The notes: a model not told the origin generated them from the letters alone. DNA of 20,000 bases from an uncultured virus (IMG/VR IMGVR_UViG_3300046529_000479) (IMGVR_UViG_3300046529_000479), one strand, 5' to 3'; positions 1 through 8,036 are shown, numbered from the stretch's first letter. A program made the numbers and translations.

Positions 1-794
1 TCCTGCCCCACGAAGTCGAAGTGGTCACCCCACCTTTGCGCAACTGCCGGTGGTGAGAGGCCGTCGAGGGACTGGTCAATTGCTCCGGTGGCAATCACCC
101 CCAGTGGTAGATTGGGAAACTCCTTGACGAGCTTCTCGGGCAGCATCTGATCCTGGCATCGACCCTCGATATCAGCCAGAATCCCGTCCATTGGCAGAAC
201 TGACTTGACCATGGCCTGGACAGTGGCCCAGTTAACGTAGTCCATCCGGCCCCAGGCCCCAATTCGCAGACCTGCCGCTTTGCCTGCCTTGTAGAGGGCT
301 CGGGCGTTCTCTGCCCAGTCTGGGTCAGGTGTATCTCCGCCAATCTGGCAGATAATCGCCTGGCATTTTGCTCCTTTGGCCCTGGCGATCAGCTGGTCGA
401 TCGTCCAGACGCCGTCGTCCTTGCGCAGTCCATGGCTGGTATGGACGTGCTTGACCACCCACGGCGTGTTCTTCCACTTGGACGGTGGCAGAGTAGGCTG
501 GATTGGTGGCTTCTGCGGTGGTGGCGTGCTGTGCAACTTGATGTACTGGGTGAGTACGTCCCAATACATCTTGTCAGGCACAGATTTCCAGATGTCCTTC
601 GGGCGCGTCTGCGGATTCTTGCCAGCAGCGATCCACAACGCCCATTTCTGGAACTTGTTCAGCTCCCTGTCCACCGGACTGCCCGCCATGATGTGGGGCA
701 CGTCACTGGGACGTTTTCTCAATCCGAGCTTCAACTCCAGAGCTTCCTTGCGGAGTCTCCTGTCGGCCCACCACTTGGGCATGACAGTGGCCAT
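1..794 (-). CDS. Putative endolysin, GH25-like TIM-barrel glycoside hydrolase (runs off the window edge)
   Basis: Not in the ORF track. Manual translation from ATG 794 is open to the edge: MATVMPKWWADRR... Trp/Arg/Pro-rich N-domain, Pro-rich linker (PPPQKPPIQPTLPP), then ...AGKAAGLRIGAWG...MDGILADIEG... with a DxE catalytic-type motif. Confidence 0.65.
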   Translation of the reverse strand, partial: MATVMPKWWADRRLRKEALELKLGLRKRPSDVPHIMAGSPVDRELNKFQKWALWIAAGKNPQTRPKDIWKSVPDKMYWDVLTQYIKLHSTPPPQKPPIQPTLPPSKWKNTPWVVKHVHTSHGLRKDDGVWTIDQLIARAKGAKCQAIICQIGGDTPDPDWAENARALYKAGKAAGLRIGAWGRMDYVNWATVQAMVKSVLPMDGILADIEGRCQDQMLPEKLVKEFPNLPLGVIATGAIDQSLDGLSPPAVAQRWGDHFDFVGQ

Positions 795-797
795 TGC

Positions 798-920
798 CTA
801 CTTCCGCTTTCTTGATCGGGCTGGCAAGCGCCCTTTGTTGTTGAAATGGTGCTTCTTCGCCCACTTGGCGCCCTTGACGCCATAAGCCCAGCGACGCTGG
901 GCCTGGGATCGAGCTGGCAT
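798..920 (-). CDS. Small basic phage protein (40 aa)
   Basis: AAGGAGG SD just upstream of ATG 920; MPARSQAQRRWAYGVKGAKWAKKHHFNNKGRLPARSRKRK; stop lies 3 nt before the lysin start. Confidence 0.75.
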   Translation of the reverse strand: MPARSQAQRRWAYGVKGAKWAKKHHFNNKGRLPARSRKRK

Positions 921-940
921 GATGCCTCCTTGAGGTTTGC

Positions 941-979
941 GGGGGCGCGCATTCCCCTCCCGCCATATCGCGCGCCCCC
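941..979. repeat. 10-bp perfect inverted repeat, intergenic
   Basis: GGGGGCGCGC (941-950) / GCGCGCCCCC (970-979). Confidence 0.7.
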
Positions 980-1003
980 ACATTTGTGACAGTTGTGCTG
1001 CGC

Positions 1004-1348
1004 CTACAGAGGGTTGACCTCCGGCGCGTTGGGGTCGGTCGCCGGGTCGGCCGGAGCTGCCGGCGGGTTCAGCACGGCGTCGGCTGCCTCCTTGCTGGCT
1101 TCGAGGGACGCGGAGGCGTCCTTGACGGCCTGGATCTCGTCGGACAGATCCGCCGTCACGCCCACGGCGTCGATCTTGGCGATGAGAGCCGTGACAGCAT
1201 CTGCGTTTGCTGTCGCGTCGGCGACAAGGTTCTGGATCGCGGTGTTGAGTTCGTCCATCTGTGTGCTCATATTGTGCATATCCTTCCTGATTTGGCGGAG
1301 CTGTCGCTCGATGGAGTCGAGCCCGTCGATGTGAGTATGCCAATGCAT
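1004..1348 (-). CDS. Coiled-coil, Ala/Asp-rich hypothetical protein
   Basis: 114 aa ORF with heptad-like pattern and Pro-rich tail; AAAGGAG upstream; exact start uncertain. Confidence 0.75.
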   Translation of the reverse strand: MHWHTHIDGLDSIERQLRQIRKDMHNMSTQMDELNTAIQNLVADATANADAVTALIAKIDAVGVTADLSDEIQAVKDASASLEASKEAADAVLNPPAAPADPATDPNAPEVNPL

Positions 1349-1403
1349 TCTGTCGAGGACTCTCGTGTCTACTCCTTTCCTGGGAGGGGGCGGGGATCGG
1401 AGC

Positions 1404-1613
1404 TTAGCGTATCCCGTTCCCGTTCGCTTGCCGAGTGTTGTACTGCTTCCGGCCGTTAATGGCGTTCAGCAATCGCAAGTCTGCTCCTAAGAGTTGGTCT
1501 CCATAGCTCCGTCTTTGGGTGGCGCGTGCGACTGCCTGGTTGATGGTGCGGCCACTCGGAAGGATTGTGGTGTTTTTGTCGGGAGTCTGGTTGTATCGGG
1601 GGTTGTAACCCAT
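1404..1613 (-). CDS. Hypothetical protein (69 aa)
   Basis: Tiles the leftward operon, starting 6 nt after the upstream stop. Confidence 0.6.
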   Translation of the reverse strand: MGYNPRYNQTPDKNTTILPSGRTINQAVARATQRRSYGDQLLGADLRLLNAINGRKQYNTRQANGNGIR

Positions 1614-1619
1614 TTGTGG

Positions 1620-1823
1620 TTAAACCCTATCCCGGGAGGCATTGACTTGCTTGATGCCGTCGTAGTAGCACTCGCATTGGAGCTTGGTGTGGCCCTTGGC
1701 CAGCTGGCAGAGATGATTCCCGTCTGGGCTGGCCGCTCCGGTGCATCCCGGCCCCCAGCGGAAGTCGCAAGTTCCTTTGACTGAGGCTGGAGTGGGATCT
1801 GCCTGGGATTGGGTGGTAGCCAA
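1620..1823 (-). CDS. Small Cys/His-rich putative metal-binding protein
   Basis: AAAGGAG SD 5 nt before TTG; C-x7-C...HLCQLAKGH...CEC. Confidence 0.7.
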   Translation of the reverse strand: MATTQSQADPTPASVKGTCDFRWGPGCTGAASPDGNHLCQLAKGHTKLQCECYYDGIKQVNASRDRV

Positions 1824-1858
1824 TGTGTCTCCTTTCGTGTGTGGCGGGTTTGTGCGTG

Positions 1859-1864
1859 AGTATA
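1859..1864 (-). promoter_or_regulatory. Candidate -10 box (TATACT) of the leftward promoter
   Basis: TATACT on the minus strand about 35 nt upstream of the first leftward gene; no recognisable -35. Confidence 0.4.
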
Positions 1865-2184
1865 GCTGGCTGGTGCAGCTCGCGCCCGGCCTCGCGCGCG
1901 TGCACGCGCCCGCGCACTAAAGACTTATATCCATGGTTGTGAATTGGGGTGCCTCGTACGCGCGCGCGCGCAAAGAGCTTTTACTACTGAATAATGAGTT
2001 TTGAATGCAACGCGCGCCCCCGGCCCCGCGCGAGGCCCGGTGAAAAAACCTTCGCCTAGGCGCACGTACGCGCGTAAGCGAGAAAATCTGCATAGAGAGG
2101 TTTGGGTCGCGGGCGTACGGGTACGCGACTGCATGTGTTTTTCAGTTTTCTAAATAGGCTACTGCACGAAAAGCCTGCTAAAAT

Positions 2185-2300
2185 GTGGTTTTTTGTCAAT
2201 GTTGTGGTTTTTGCCTGGAATATTCTGTGTAATTTTGTGTAATTTTGTGGGGTGTTGGGTTTTTGTGTCAATTATGTTGTTTAGGGGTCAATTCTGGGTT
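2185..2300. repeat. T/G-rich block with phased T-tracts and tandem TGTGTAATTT
   Basis: TGTGTAATTT x2 at 2226-2245; T-runs near 2189, 2208, 2233, 2243, 2260 and 2280. Confidence 0.6.
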
Positions 2301-2358
2301 TCAACGGTCAAGACCGCTTCCGTGCCGGGACTCCGGTTTCTACATTTTTCCCACGGTG

Positions 2359-3458
2359 ATCGGCGGGTCGGCGAGTCGAGAGCTCGCGCCTCGATTACCC
2401 CGATTAGCAGGGATTTTCCGCGCTTCCCCCGCTCCCGCCCGCCCCGAGGCGTAGCCCGTCTAGGCGACGTTTACCGTTTAGGCTACGGATCTCGGTTCGG
2501 AGTTAGGCGATCCCCTCCCCGCCCCCGCGCGTACCGTTCTTCGAGCCGGAGACGGGCGCCGACGTTATCCCTCGATCGTTCGAGGCGAGAGGCGGGCGGT
2601 ATTAGTCGGAGGAGCCGCGCGATCGCTACGCGCGGGCTTCGCGGGGGCGGTCTACGGCTTCCCTCGCCTCGCCCGCCTTATAGCCGCCCGGGGGACTCGA
2701 TCGGACGCGCGTAGGGTCGCCGTCCCCCGTAGGTAGGGGCGGCTCCCGGGCTTTAGAGCGTAGGCGCGCGAGCCGTAGACCTTCCTTCCTTCGGCGGGCG
2801 GTCGGAGCCTCTTAGAGAGGCTCCGAGCGTCCCGCGAGAGGCGCGCAGGGATCGACGGGGGTCGAGAGATTCGAGGCGTTCGATTCTCTCGACCCCGCTC
2901 GATCGCGCGCGCCTCGCGCGGGACGGGGAATCCTCCCCGCCCCGACGAACGAAGGAGAGAAAAGTGTCCGTATCTAAGAAAGACGCCGCGAAAATCTCGA
3001 AGCTCGCGGCCGAAGGTAAGTCCGACGCCGCGATCGACGCGGCCGTCTATCCCGGGGAGACGGGAAAGTGGAGTACGCGGGAGATCTCCTACGCGGCGCG
3101 GCGCGACGCCTACGCGGCTTCGCTCTCGCCGAACGGCCCGAAGTACGACGGGCCGATCGTCCCTTCGCGCCTCGGCGCGTTCGAGACGATCGAGAGCGTT
3201 CGAGCGTCCGACGTCGCGGCGGTACTCGCCGAGTCGCCGAAGCTACGCGCCTACGCGCTTCCGATCGTCTTCGGCTTCCGCCCGACTCGGGCGAACGTCG
3301 ATAGGCTCGGCGGCTTCGCGGTCGCGCGGAAACGCCCCGGGCGGCTCGCCTCGGGCGCCTCGCGCGCCTAGCAGGGATCGAGCGGGGGAAGGGGAGAGGC
3401 TCGCGCCTCGCCCCTTCGCCCCGGTCGCGTCCCGCGACCGAACGCGGAAGGAAGGACG
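2359..3458. other. TG/CA-depleted segment, probable first-injected genome end
   Basis: Manual scan of 1100 nt found only 3 CA (2408, 2846, 3372) and 2 TG (2965, 3069). Confidence 0.9.
2964..3371 (+). CDS. First early protein (135 aa), candidate anti-defence factor
   Basis: GAAGGAG SD, GTG start; no Cys, His, Gln or internal Met and one Trp. Function is inferred from position only. Confidence 0.8.
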   Translation: MSVSKKDAAKISKLAAEGKSDAAIDAAVYPGETGKWSTREISYAARRDAYAASLSPNGPKYDGPIVPSRLGAFETIESVRASDVAAVLAESPKLRAYALPIVFGFRPTRANVDRLGGFAVARKRPGRLASGASRA

Positions 3459-3576
3459 CAAAGCCTCGCGATCGCGAAGCCGCGCGTCCGGTTTCCGCAC
3501 GCCCTCGATTCGGAAGGGTAAGCGCAAAAGAGGAAGCTACAAAAAGTTTCCTCAAAAACGAAGGAGGGTCACGAAA

Positions 3577-3915
3577 GTGGCAAAACGGAAAAAGCCGGCA
3601 AAAAGCAGAGGGCCGGTATCATCGAAGTCCGCAAGAAGTCCGGGACAAAGCCGCGACTCAAAGATAAGCGCGGCAACCGGAACGCCCGCAATCGACCTCG
3701 AACTAGCAAGGGCCGAAGCGTGCGACGCATTCGTCGGGAACACAAACGTAGTGTTCTTCAAGAAGAAGCGCACTAAGCGTACAAAGCTCGGGCCTGCCGG
3801 ATCATGGTACAATGGCCGAGCTGAGAGCGGCGAAAAGTGCGGAGCACTCGCGATAATGTCCAGATACAAAGACGGTAAGCGAGTTCACCGCTGCGCGAAT
3901 CACATCGCGTCGTAA
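3577..3915 (+). CDS. Basic hypothetical protein with C...C...CxxH
   Basis: CGAAGGAGGG SD at 3559; Lys/Arg-rich 112 aa. Confidence 0.8.
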   Translation: MAKRKKPAKSRGPVSSKSARSPGQSRDSKISAATGTPAIDLELARAEACDAFVGNTNVVFFKKKRTKRTKLGPAGSWYNGRAESGEKCGALAIMSRYKDGKRVHRCANHIAS

Positions 3916-3994
3916 CGACAAAGACGCGCGTTGAAGGTCGAGCGACGGACAACCCGCTCGGCCTTGAACGACAAACGAAGGAGGGTACAAACAG

Positions 3995-4156
3995 ATGACA
4001 TACGCGATCCAGTCGTCAGGCAGCGGGCAGCCGCCCGTAATGACGAACATCATCGCTGAGTTCGCGACGGAAGCAGAAGCCGTCACGACACTCGCTCGAC
4101 TATTCAAGTCGAGTCCAGTTCGCAAGAACTACCTCAGCATCGTGAAAGTCAAGTAG
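3995..4156 (+). CDS. Hypothetical protein (53 aa)
   Basis: SD at 3976; MTYAIQSSGSGQPPVMTNIIAEFATEAEAVTTLARLFKSSPVRKNYLSIVKVK (manual translation). Confidence 0.8.
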   Translation: MTYAIQSSGSGQPPVMTNIIAEFATEAEAVTTLARLFKSSPVRKNYLSIVKVK

Positions 4157-4226
4157 CGAGCTGAAGATCGGGCAAGGACAACTGCCCGGTCTTGAGCACG
4201 ATACCGATACACGAAAGGAGGGTACA

Positions 4227-4325
4227 GTGTACAAATGGAAAGACGCTTGGCCGACATACATCACTGCTCTGCCAATCGTCGTAATCGCATGTGCGCTCAT
4301 TGGGCGCGCGATCTCACATCTGTAG
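4227..4325 (+). CDS. Single-pass membrane peptide (32 aa)
   Basis: AAGGAGGG then GTG; MYKWKDAWPTYITALPIVVIACALIGRAISHL; stop abuts the next element. Confidence 0.7.
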   Translation: MYKWKDAWPTYITALPIVVIACALIGRAISHL

Positions 4326-4387
4326 CAGAAGCTGCGTCGTGGACAACCGACGCGGCTTGTACTACAGACAACAAACGAAGGAGGGTC

Positions 4388-4717
4388 ATGAAGCCAGAGT
4401 TCATAGAGAAAGTCTGGACAGCAACTGACCGCGAAGTCAAAGCTGACTGGATCGCCAATCAGTATGAAGGCGAATATGTCAGCCCTCACTGGACAGTGGC
4501 TGGCGTCCAAGGTGATCAGATCATCTTCTACTGTTACGCAGAGCAACTCGGATATGAAATCTGTGTCTGGATCAGTGATTTCGATCCTAGCAACCGCTAT
4601 GGCGGCGGCGAAGGGCTTGAAAGCAGACCGACATTGCGAGGAATCGTAATGTGTATTGAAGGCGAATGCGGCTGGATCAGCATCAAGGATCACAGTATCG
4701 TCAACAACTGCAACTGA
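4388..4717 (+). CDS. Hypothetical protein (109 aa)
   Basis: SD at 4376; MKPEFIEKVW... Confidence 0.8.
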   Translation: MKPEFIEKVWTATDREVKADWIANQYEGEYVSPHWTVAGVQGDQIIFYCYAEQLGYEICVWISDFDPSNRYGGGEGLESRPTLRGIVMCIEGECGWISIKDHSIVNNCN

Positions 4718-4805
4718 TAGAAGCTGCTACTCAGGACAACGAGTAGCGGCTTGTGTCAGAAGACATGACACAGTACCACAAAATGAAAAATCGAAGGAGG
4801 GTCAA

Positions 4806-5129
4806 ATGAAAGGCGCATTCATCACCATACTGCTACTCGGCAGTCTCTTTGTCGGGGGCGGAGCATTCGCACTTCACGGGATCACCGCCGCGAGCGACAA
4901 GTCAAGTGCTCAGGTCGATCCCAACACTTTCGCAGTCCTGCCAATCGGCGTCAGCGAAAGCTACGTGAGAAGTTCATTCGGAACTCCTCAGAGCAGCGAC
5001 GACACAACTGTCGGCGGCTACGGCAGCACGTTGAACAGCCGTTGTATCTACTACGGCATCCTCAGCCAGAACGGCAGTTATCAGTTCTGCTTCGACAACG
5101 GCAAGCTCGTCTCGAAAAGCAGGTATTGA
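4806..5129 (+). CDS. Secreted or membrane-anchored protein, BLIP/SmpA-OmlA-like fold
   Basis: N-terminal hydrophobic helix; G-x-S-x3-V-x3-FGTP...CIYY...YQFCFDNGKLVSK pattern. Confidence 0.65.
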   Translation: MKGAFITILLLGSLFVGGGAFALHGITAASDKSSAQVDPNTFAVLPIGVSESYVRSSFGTPQSSDDTTVGGYGSTLNSRCIYYGILSQNGSYQFCFDNGKLVSKSRY

Positions 5130-5196
5130 GTAGCAGCTCTGTCAGATAGAATCCGACAGGGCTGGTGTTCAATACAAACGAAGGAGGGTCAGCACG

Positions 5197-5484
5197 ATGG
5201 AAGCCAAGAAAGGCGAAGTCTGCGTGGTGTCCAGCATTCCTAATTGTGATTTCTGCAATCAGGAGGGCACGAAGACGCCAGGCCCGTACGACTTCAAGAC
5301 GCGGTTTGGCCCGTGGGCTCACGGATGTGAGGATCACTGGAAGCTGTACCGTGCGTTCGACAGCCTCGGTGTTGGGCAGGCTCAGATCTGGATCACGAAA
5401 GATGAGGAGCCGAAGCACGCGCCAGGTACACTAGGCGCGATCATGTCCAGCAAGACGAACAGGTTGAACAAAGAACTGGGGTAG
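5197..5484 (+). CDS. Small Zn-binding phage protein
   Basis: CDFC...YDFKTRFGPWAHGCEDH; SD at 5179. Confidence 0.8.
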   Translation: MEAKKGEVCVVSSIPNCDFCNQEGTKTPGPYDFKTRFGPWAHGCEDHWKLYRAFDSLGVGQAQIWITKDEEPKHAPGTLGAIMSSKTNRLNKELG

Positions 5485-5562
5485 TGACCAGTGGCTCCGT
5501 CATGGAGATCAGGGACGTTCGACATGGCGGGGCCGGTGTTCATCACCAACAGAAGGAGGGTC

Positions 5563-5916
5563 ATGAACGAGGAGCAAGCAGATTTCCTTGTGAAGTTCCG
5601 CAAGGAGAATCCGCCACAACCAGTACCAGGACGAGAAATGACTGAGGAGCAGTTTCGTGCTGATCTCAATGGCGTAGCAGAACGAACAGCCAAAGACATC
5701 GGTGGCGACTATCCTCACATCGACACAGGCTTCGAGTGCTACGTGTACAAGATTGACGGCAGATTCGTCGGCTACATCTACATGGGTGAAGCTGGCGAGT
5801 GGGCCCTCATCGACAAGTTCGATCAGTTCGACACCTGTGACGAACCGGACACACAGCTTCACGACGCACCCGAGTATCTCCAACGCGTCAAAGCGCTGTC
5901 GCCATACAAACGGTGA
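5563..5916 (+). CDS. Acidic hypothetical protein (117 aa)
   Basis: SD at 5551; MNEEQADFLVKF... Confidence 0.8.
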   Translation: MNEEQADFLVKFRKENPPQPVPGREMTEEQFRADLNGVAERTAKDIGGDYPHIDTGFECYVYKIDGRFVGYIYMGEAGEWALIDKFDQFDTCDEPDTQLHDAPEYLQRVKALSPYKR

Positions 5917-5977
5917 CCAGCGGCGGGCCGGGAGTTGTCCCCCGGCCTGTCGGTGTTCATCAAACGAAGGAGGGAAC

Positions 5978-6346
5978 ATGGCAATTGTAAGCTGTTTCGA
6001 CTGCCCACAGTCCATGATGACGACAGGTGTCGCAGGCGACGATGTCAGAACGTGGATCTGCTCGGAGTGCGCTCACGAGCGCGGGCTCACGCCTAAGCTC
6101 GCAGAGCGTGTTGCGATCGAAGACGCCAAGTGGGGCAACCCATGCTGCATCTGGGAAGCATGTCCCAAGGACGTCATGAAGCAGATCCTGATTCCGATCA
6201 CAGACAACATCGAGATCGAGGCAGAGAACGCCGGCATCGAAGAAGACAATCCCAACCGCGACTCATGGATGGCACACAAGATCTCTCATCGACTCGTCGG
6301 CGTCATGAACCACATCTGGTTCGGCCCGGAGGTATTGCTCCGATGA
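5978..6346 (+). CDS. Hypothetical protein with CxxC...CxxC
   Basis: SD at 5965; MAIVSCFDC...ICSEC. Confidence 0.8.
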   Translation: MAIVSCFDCPQSMMTTGVAGDDVRTWICSECAHERGLTPKLAERVAIEDAKWGNPCCIWEACPKDVMKQILIPITDNIEIEAENAGIEEDNPNRDSWMAHKISHRLVGVMNHIWFGPEVLLR

Positions 6347-6585
6347 CAGTAGGCAAGTTCGAGATCAGAACGTGGTACGACGGCAGAACCCACAACCAGT
6401 TCCGCAAAGTAGCGGAAGTCGAAGCACCGACCGCACTTCATGCCCTGCGTGCTTACGCGGGGAACAGGCAAGCGATCATTCGACAGCGCAAAACGGACTA
6501 CAGTGACGCCAAAGACTGGACAGCCACGATCCTAAACAAGAACGGAAAGCTGCGCGACTACATCGCTGTTCGGGTACGCAACTGA
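6343..6585 (+). CDS. Hypothetical protein (80 aa)
   Basis: ATGA overlap with the upstream gene; MTVGKFEIRTWYDG... Confidence 0.75.
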   Translation: MTVGKFEIRTWYDGRTHNQFRKVAEVEAPTALHALRAYAGNRQAIIRQRKTDYSDAKDWTATILNKNGKLRDYIAVRVRN

Positions 6586-6653
6586 TCAGCCGCTGGCACA
6601 TCGCAGAGTGTGTTGGCGGGTGCTCATCCGAGCATCATCCGAAGGAGGGTCAA

Positions 6654-6689
6654 ATGATACGACTGGGGAACAGAACCGATCGAAGGTGA
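6654..6689 (+). CDS. Minigene MIRLGNRTDRR
   Basis: ATG directly after the strong SD at 6640; stop overlaps the next GTG (GTGA). Confidence 0.5.
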   Translation: MIRLGNRTDRR

Positions 6690-6910
6690 GTGTCGTGAAG
6701 TTCATCTTCATCGACATTCCCGGCTCGATTCTCATACTGTGTTTCATTCTCGGCTGGTGGTCGAGACATAACAAGGTAGTCAAGACCGTGTTCTTTGACG
6801 GGAACGAACCAGTGAAGTCGAAGCCGATTACGCCCAAGCGGATTCCAGTTCCCAAGGCTTCAAAGCCGAAGCTGTACATCGTTCGAGATCAACCAGGTAG
6901 TGAAGAGTGA
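6686..6910 (+). CDS. Small membrane protein
   Basis: FIFIDIPGSILILCFILGWW hydrophobic segment followed by a basic tail; start at 6686 or 6695. Confidence 0.7.
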   Translation: MSVVKFIFIDIPGSILILCFILGWWSRHNKVVKTVFFDGNEPVKSKPITPKRIPVPKASKPKLYIVRDQPGSEE

Positions 6911-6983
6911 ATAGCGGCTCCACAGGTCAGCTACGATCTGTGGGGCCGGTGTTCATAAGACGCCACGAAGGAGGGCCAGCAAA

Positions 6984-7367
6984 ATGCCACTCAACATCTA
7001 TGTGGAGCGAAAAGGCAAGCGTCGCAAGGATCTCATCTGGGATCAGCAGATGCTTGACTTCTGCTACACCGTGGCCTACATGGACGAAGATGCTGACCGG
7101 GAATATCAGACTGGCAAGAAGTTCGCTGACCTCGGCACCTGGACATTCGATCCAGACAACAAGCTCGGATCGAAGTGGTCAGGGCAAGAGTTCGAGCACT
7201 ATGTCACTTTCCAATTCGGTGTGTACTACATCGAGGGTGATTGTGGCCTGGTGGAGAAGGGCGAGCAAGTTGTTAAGCACAAGCATCGCTTCCTTCATTC
7301 ACAGATGGAAAAGCCAGTCGTGTTCATGCCCGGAGACAGAATCGTCGCATGGAGGTCACACAAGTGA
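6984..7367 (+). CDS. Hypothetical protein (127 aa)
   Basis: SD at 6966. Confidence 0.8.
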   Translation: MPLNIYVERKGKRRKDLIWDQQMLDFCYTVAYMDEDADREYQTGKKFADLGTWTFDPDNKLGSKWSGQEFEHYVTFQFGVYYIEGDCGLVEKGEQVVKHKHRFLHSQMEKPVVFMPGDRIVAWRSHK

Positions 7368-7585
7368 TCAAGGTCAAGATGACGCAAGAGGCATTCAACA
7401 CCATGACGACTGCACAGAAGCACAGCATTGATGTTATCCTGAACAATCCGAAACTTGAAAACGTGGTTGTTCAGAAAGGCGGACTCGATCTGCCAGACAA
7501 CTATCTGTGCTTCACGATGCACTGGACGGATCATGGCCAGCCGATTTATGGCGGCATCTCGCCCCAAGGCCAGGTGTCGACATGA
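7349..7585 (+). CDS. Hypothetical protein
   Basis: Tiles the operon; alternative start GTG 7364 after GGAGG; ends YGGISPQGQVST. Confidence 0.7.
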   Translation: MEVTQVIKVKMTQEAFNTMTTAQKHSIDVILNNPKLENVVVQKGGLDLPDNYLCFTMHWTDHGQPIYGGISPQGQVST

Positions 7586-7818
7586 TCACGTTGGAGCAAG
7601 CAAAAAGCCTGAAGCGTGGCCAGATCCTTCACCACGACATCAACAGGAACAGCGATGGCACTTGCCAACGCTGGAAGGTGAATGGTCAAGTGCAGACATG
7701 GAAGCGTGAGCCCAACCGGGTTCGCGTGCCCATTAAACACGGGCTGAGGCACTACGATGCTCTTGATAGCCAAGGTGATCTCGATCTCGTTCATCTCGAA
7801 AGCGAGTGCCCGGGATGA
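7582..7818 (+). CDS. Small phage protein (78 aa)
   Basis: ATGA overlap; MITLEQAK...NSDGTCQRWKVNGQVQTWKREPNRVRVPIKHGL. Confidence 0.8.
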   Translation: MITLEQAKSLKRGQILHHDINRNSDGTCQRWKVNGQVQTWKREPNRVRVPIKHGLRHYDALDSQGDLDLVHLESECPG

Positions 7819-7958
7819 GACTCGTTGGCTACTGCACCGTTTGCCACAAGATCAAGTACGTCCAAGTCACCGGCCACGACCTGGCCATGGCTCAGGCTCG
7901 TGGTAGCAACGTCGTGTCTGGAATCTGCGACGACTGCGAGAAAGAGCAAAGGAAGTGA
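7815..7958 (+). CDS. Zinc-ribbon peptide (47 aa)
   Basis: ATGA overlap; MRLVGYCTVCHK...GICDDCEKEQRK (manual translation). Confidence 0.75.
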   Translation: MRLVGYCTVCHKIKYVQVTGHDLAMAQARGSNVVSGICDDCEKEQRK

Positions 7959-8036
7959 GTAGCGAGTCTGTCCGTCCGATGGATCGGATAGGCTCGGTGC
8001 TCACCAGGCACCAGTAACAACAACCGAAGGAGGGTT

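Noticed and set aside
376..885. Plus-strand ORFs over 376-1784
   Set aside because: Antisense to the tiled, SD-supported minus-strand genes.
1364..1378. Non-canonical ACG start for the 1004-1348 gene (in frame, 5 nt after AAGGAG)
   Set aside because: Single instance with no independent support; ATG 1348 is the simpler start.
2359..3458. CpG-methylation decay as the cause of the dinucleotide bias
   Set aside because: Deamination would deplete CG and enrich TG/CA; the opposite is seen.
2974..3555. 193-aa minus-strand ORF and 2193-2714 plus-strand ORF
   Set aside because: Arg/Ser/Pro-rich shadow frames that stay open because TGA is absent from the TG/CA-free zone; no SD.
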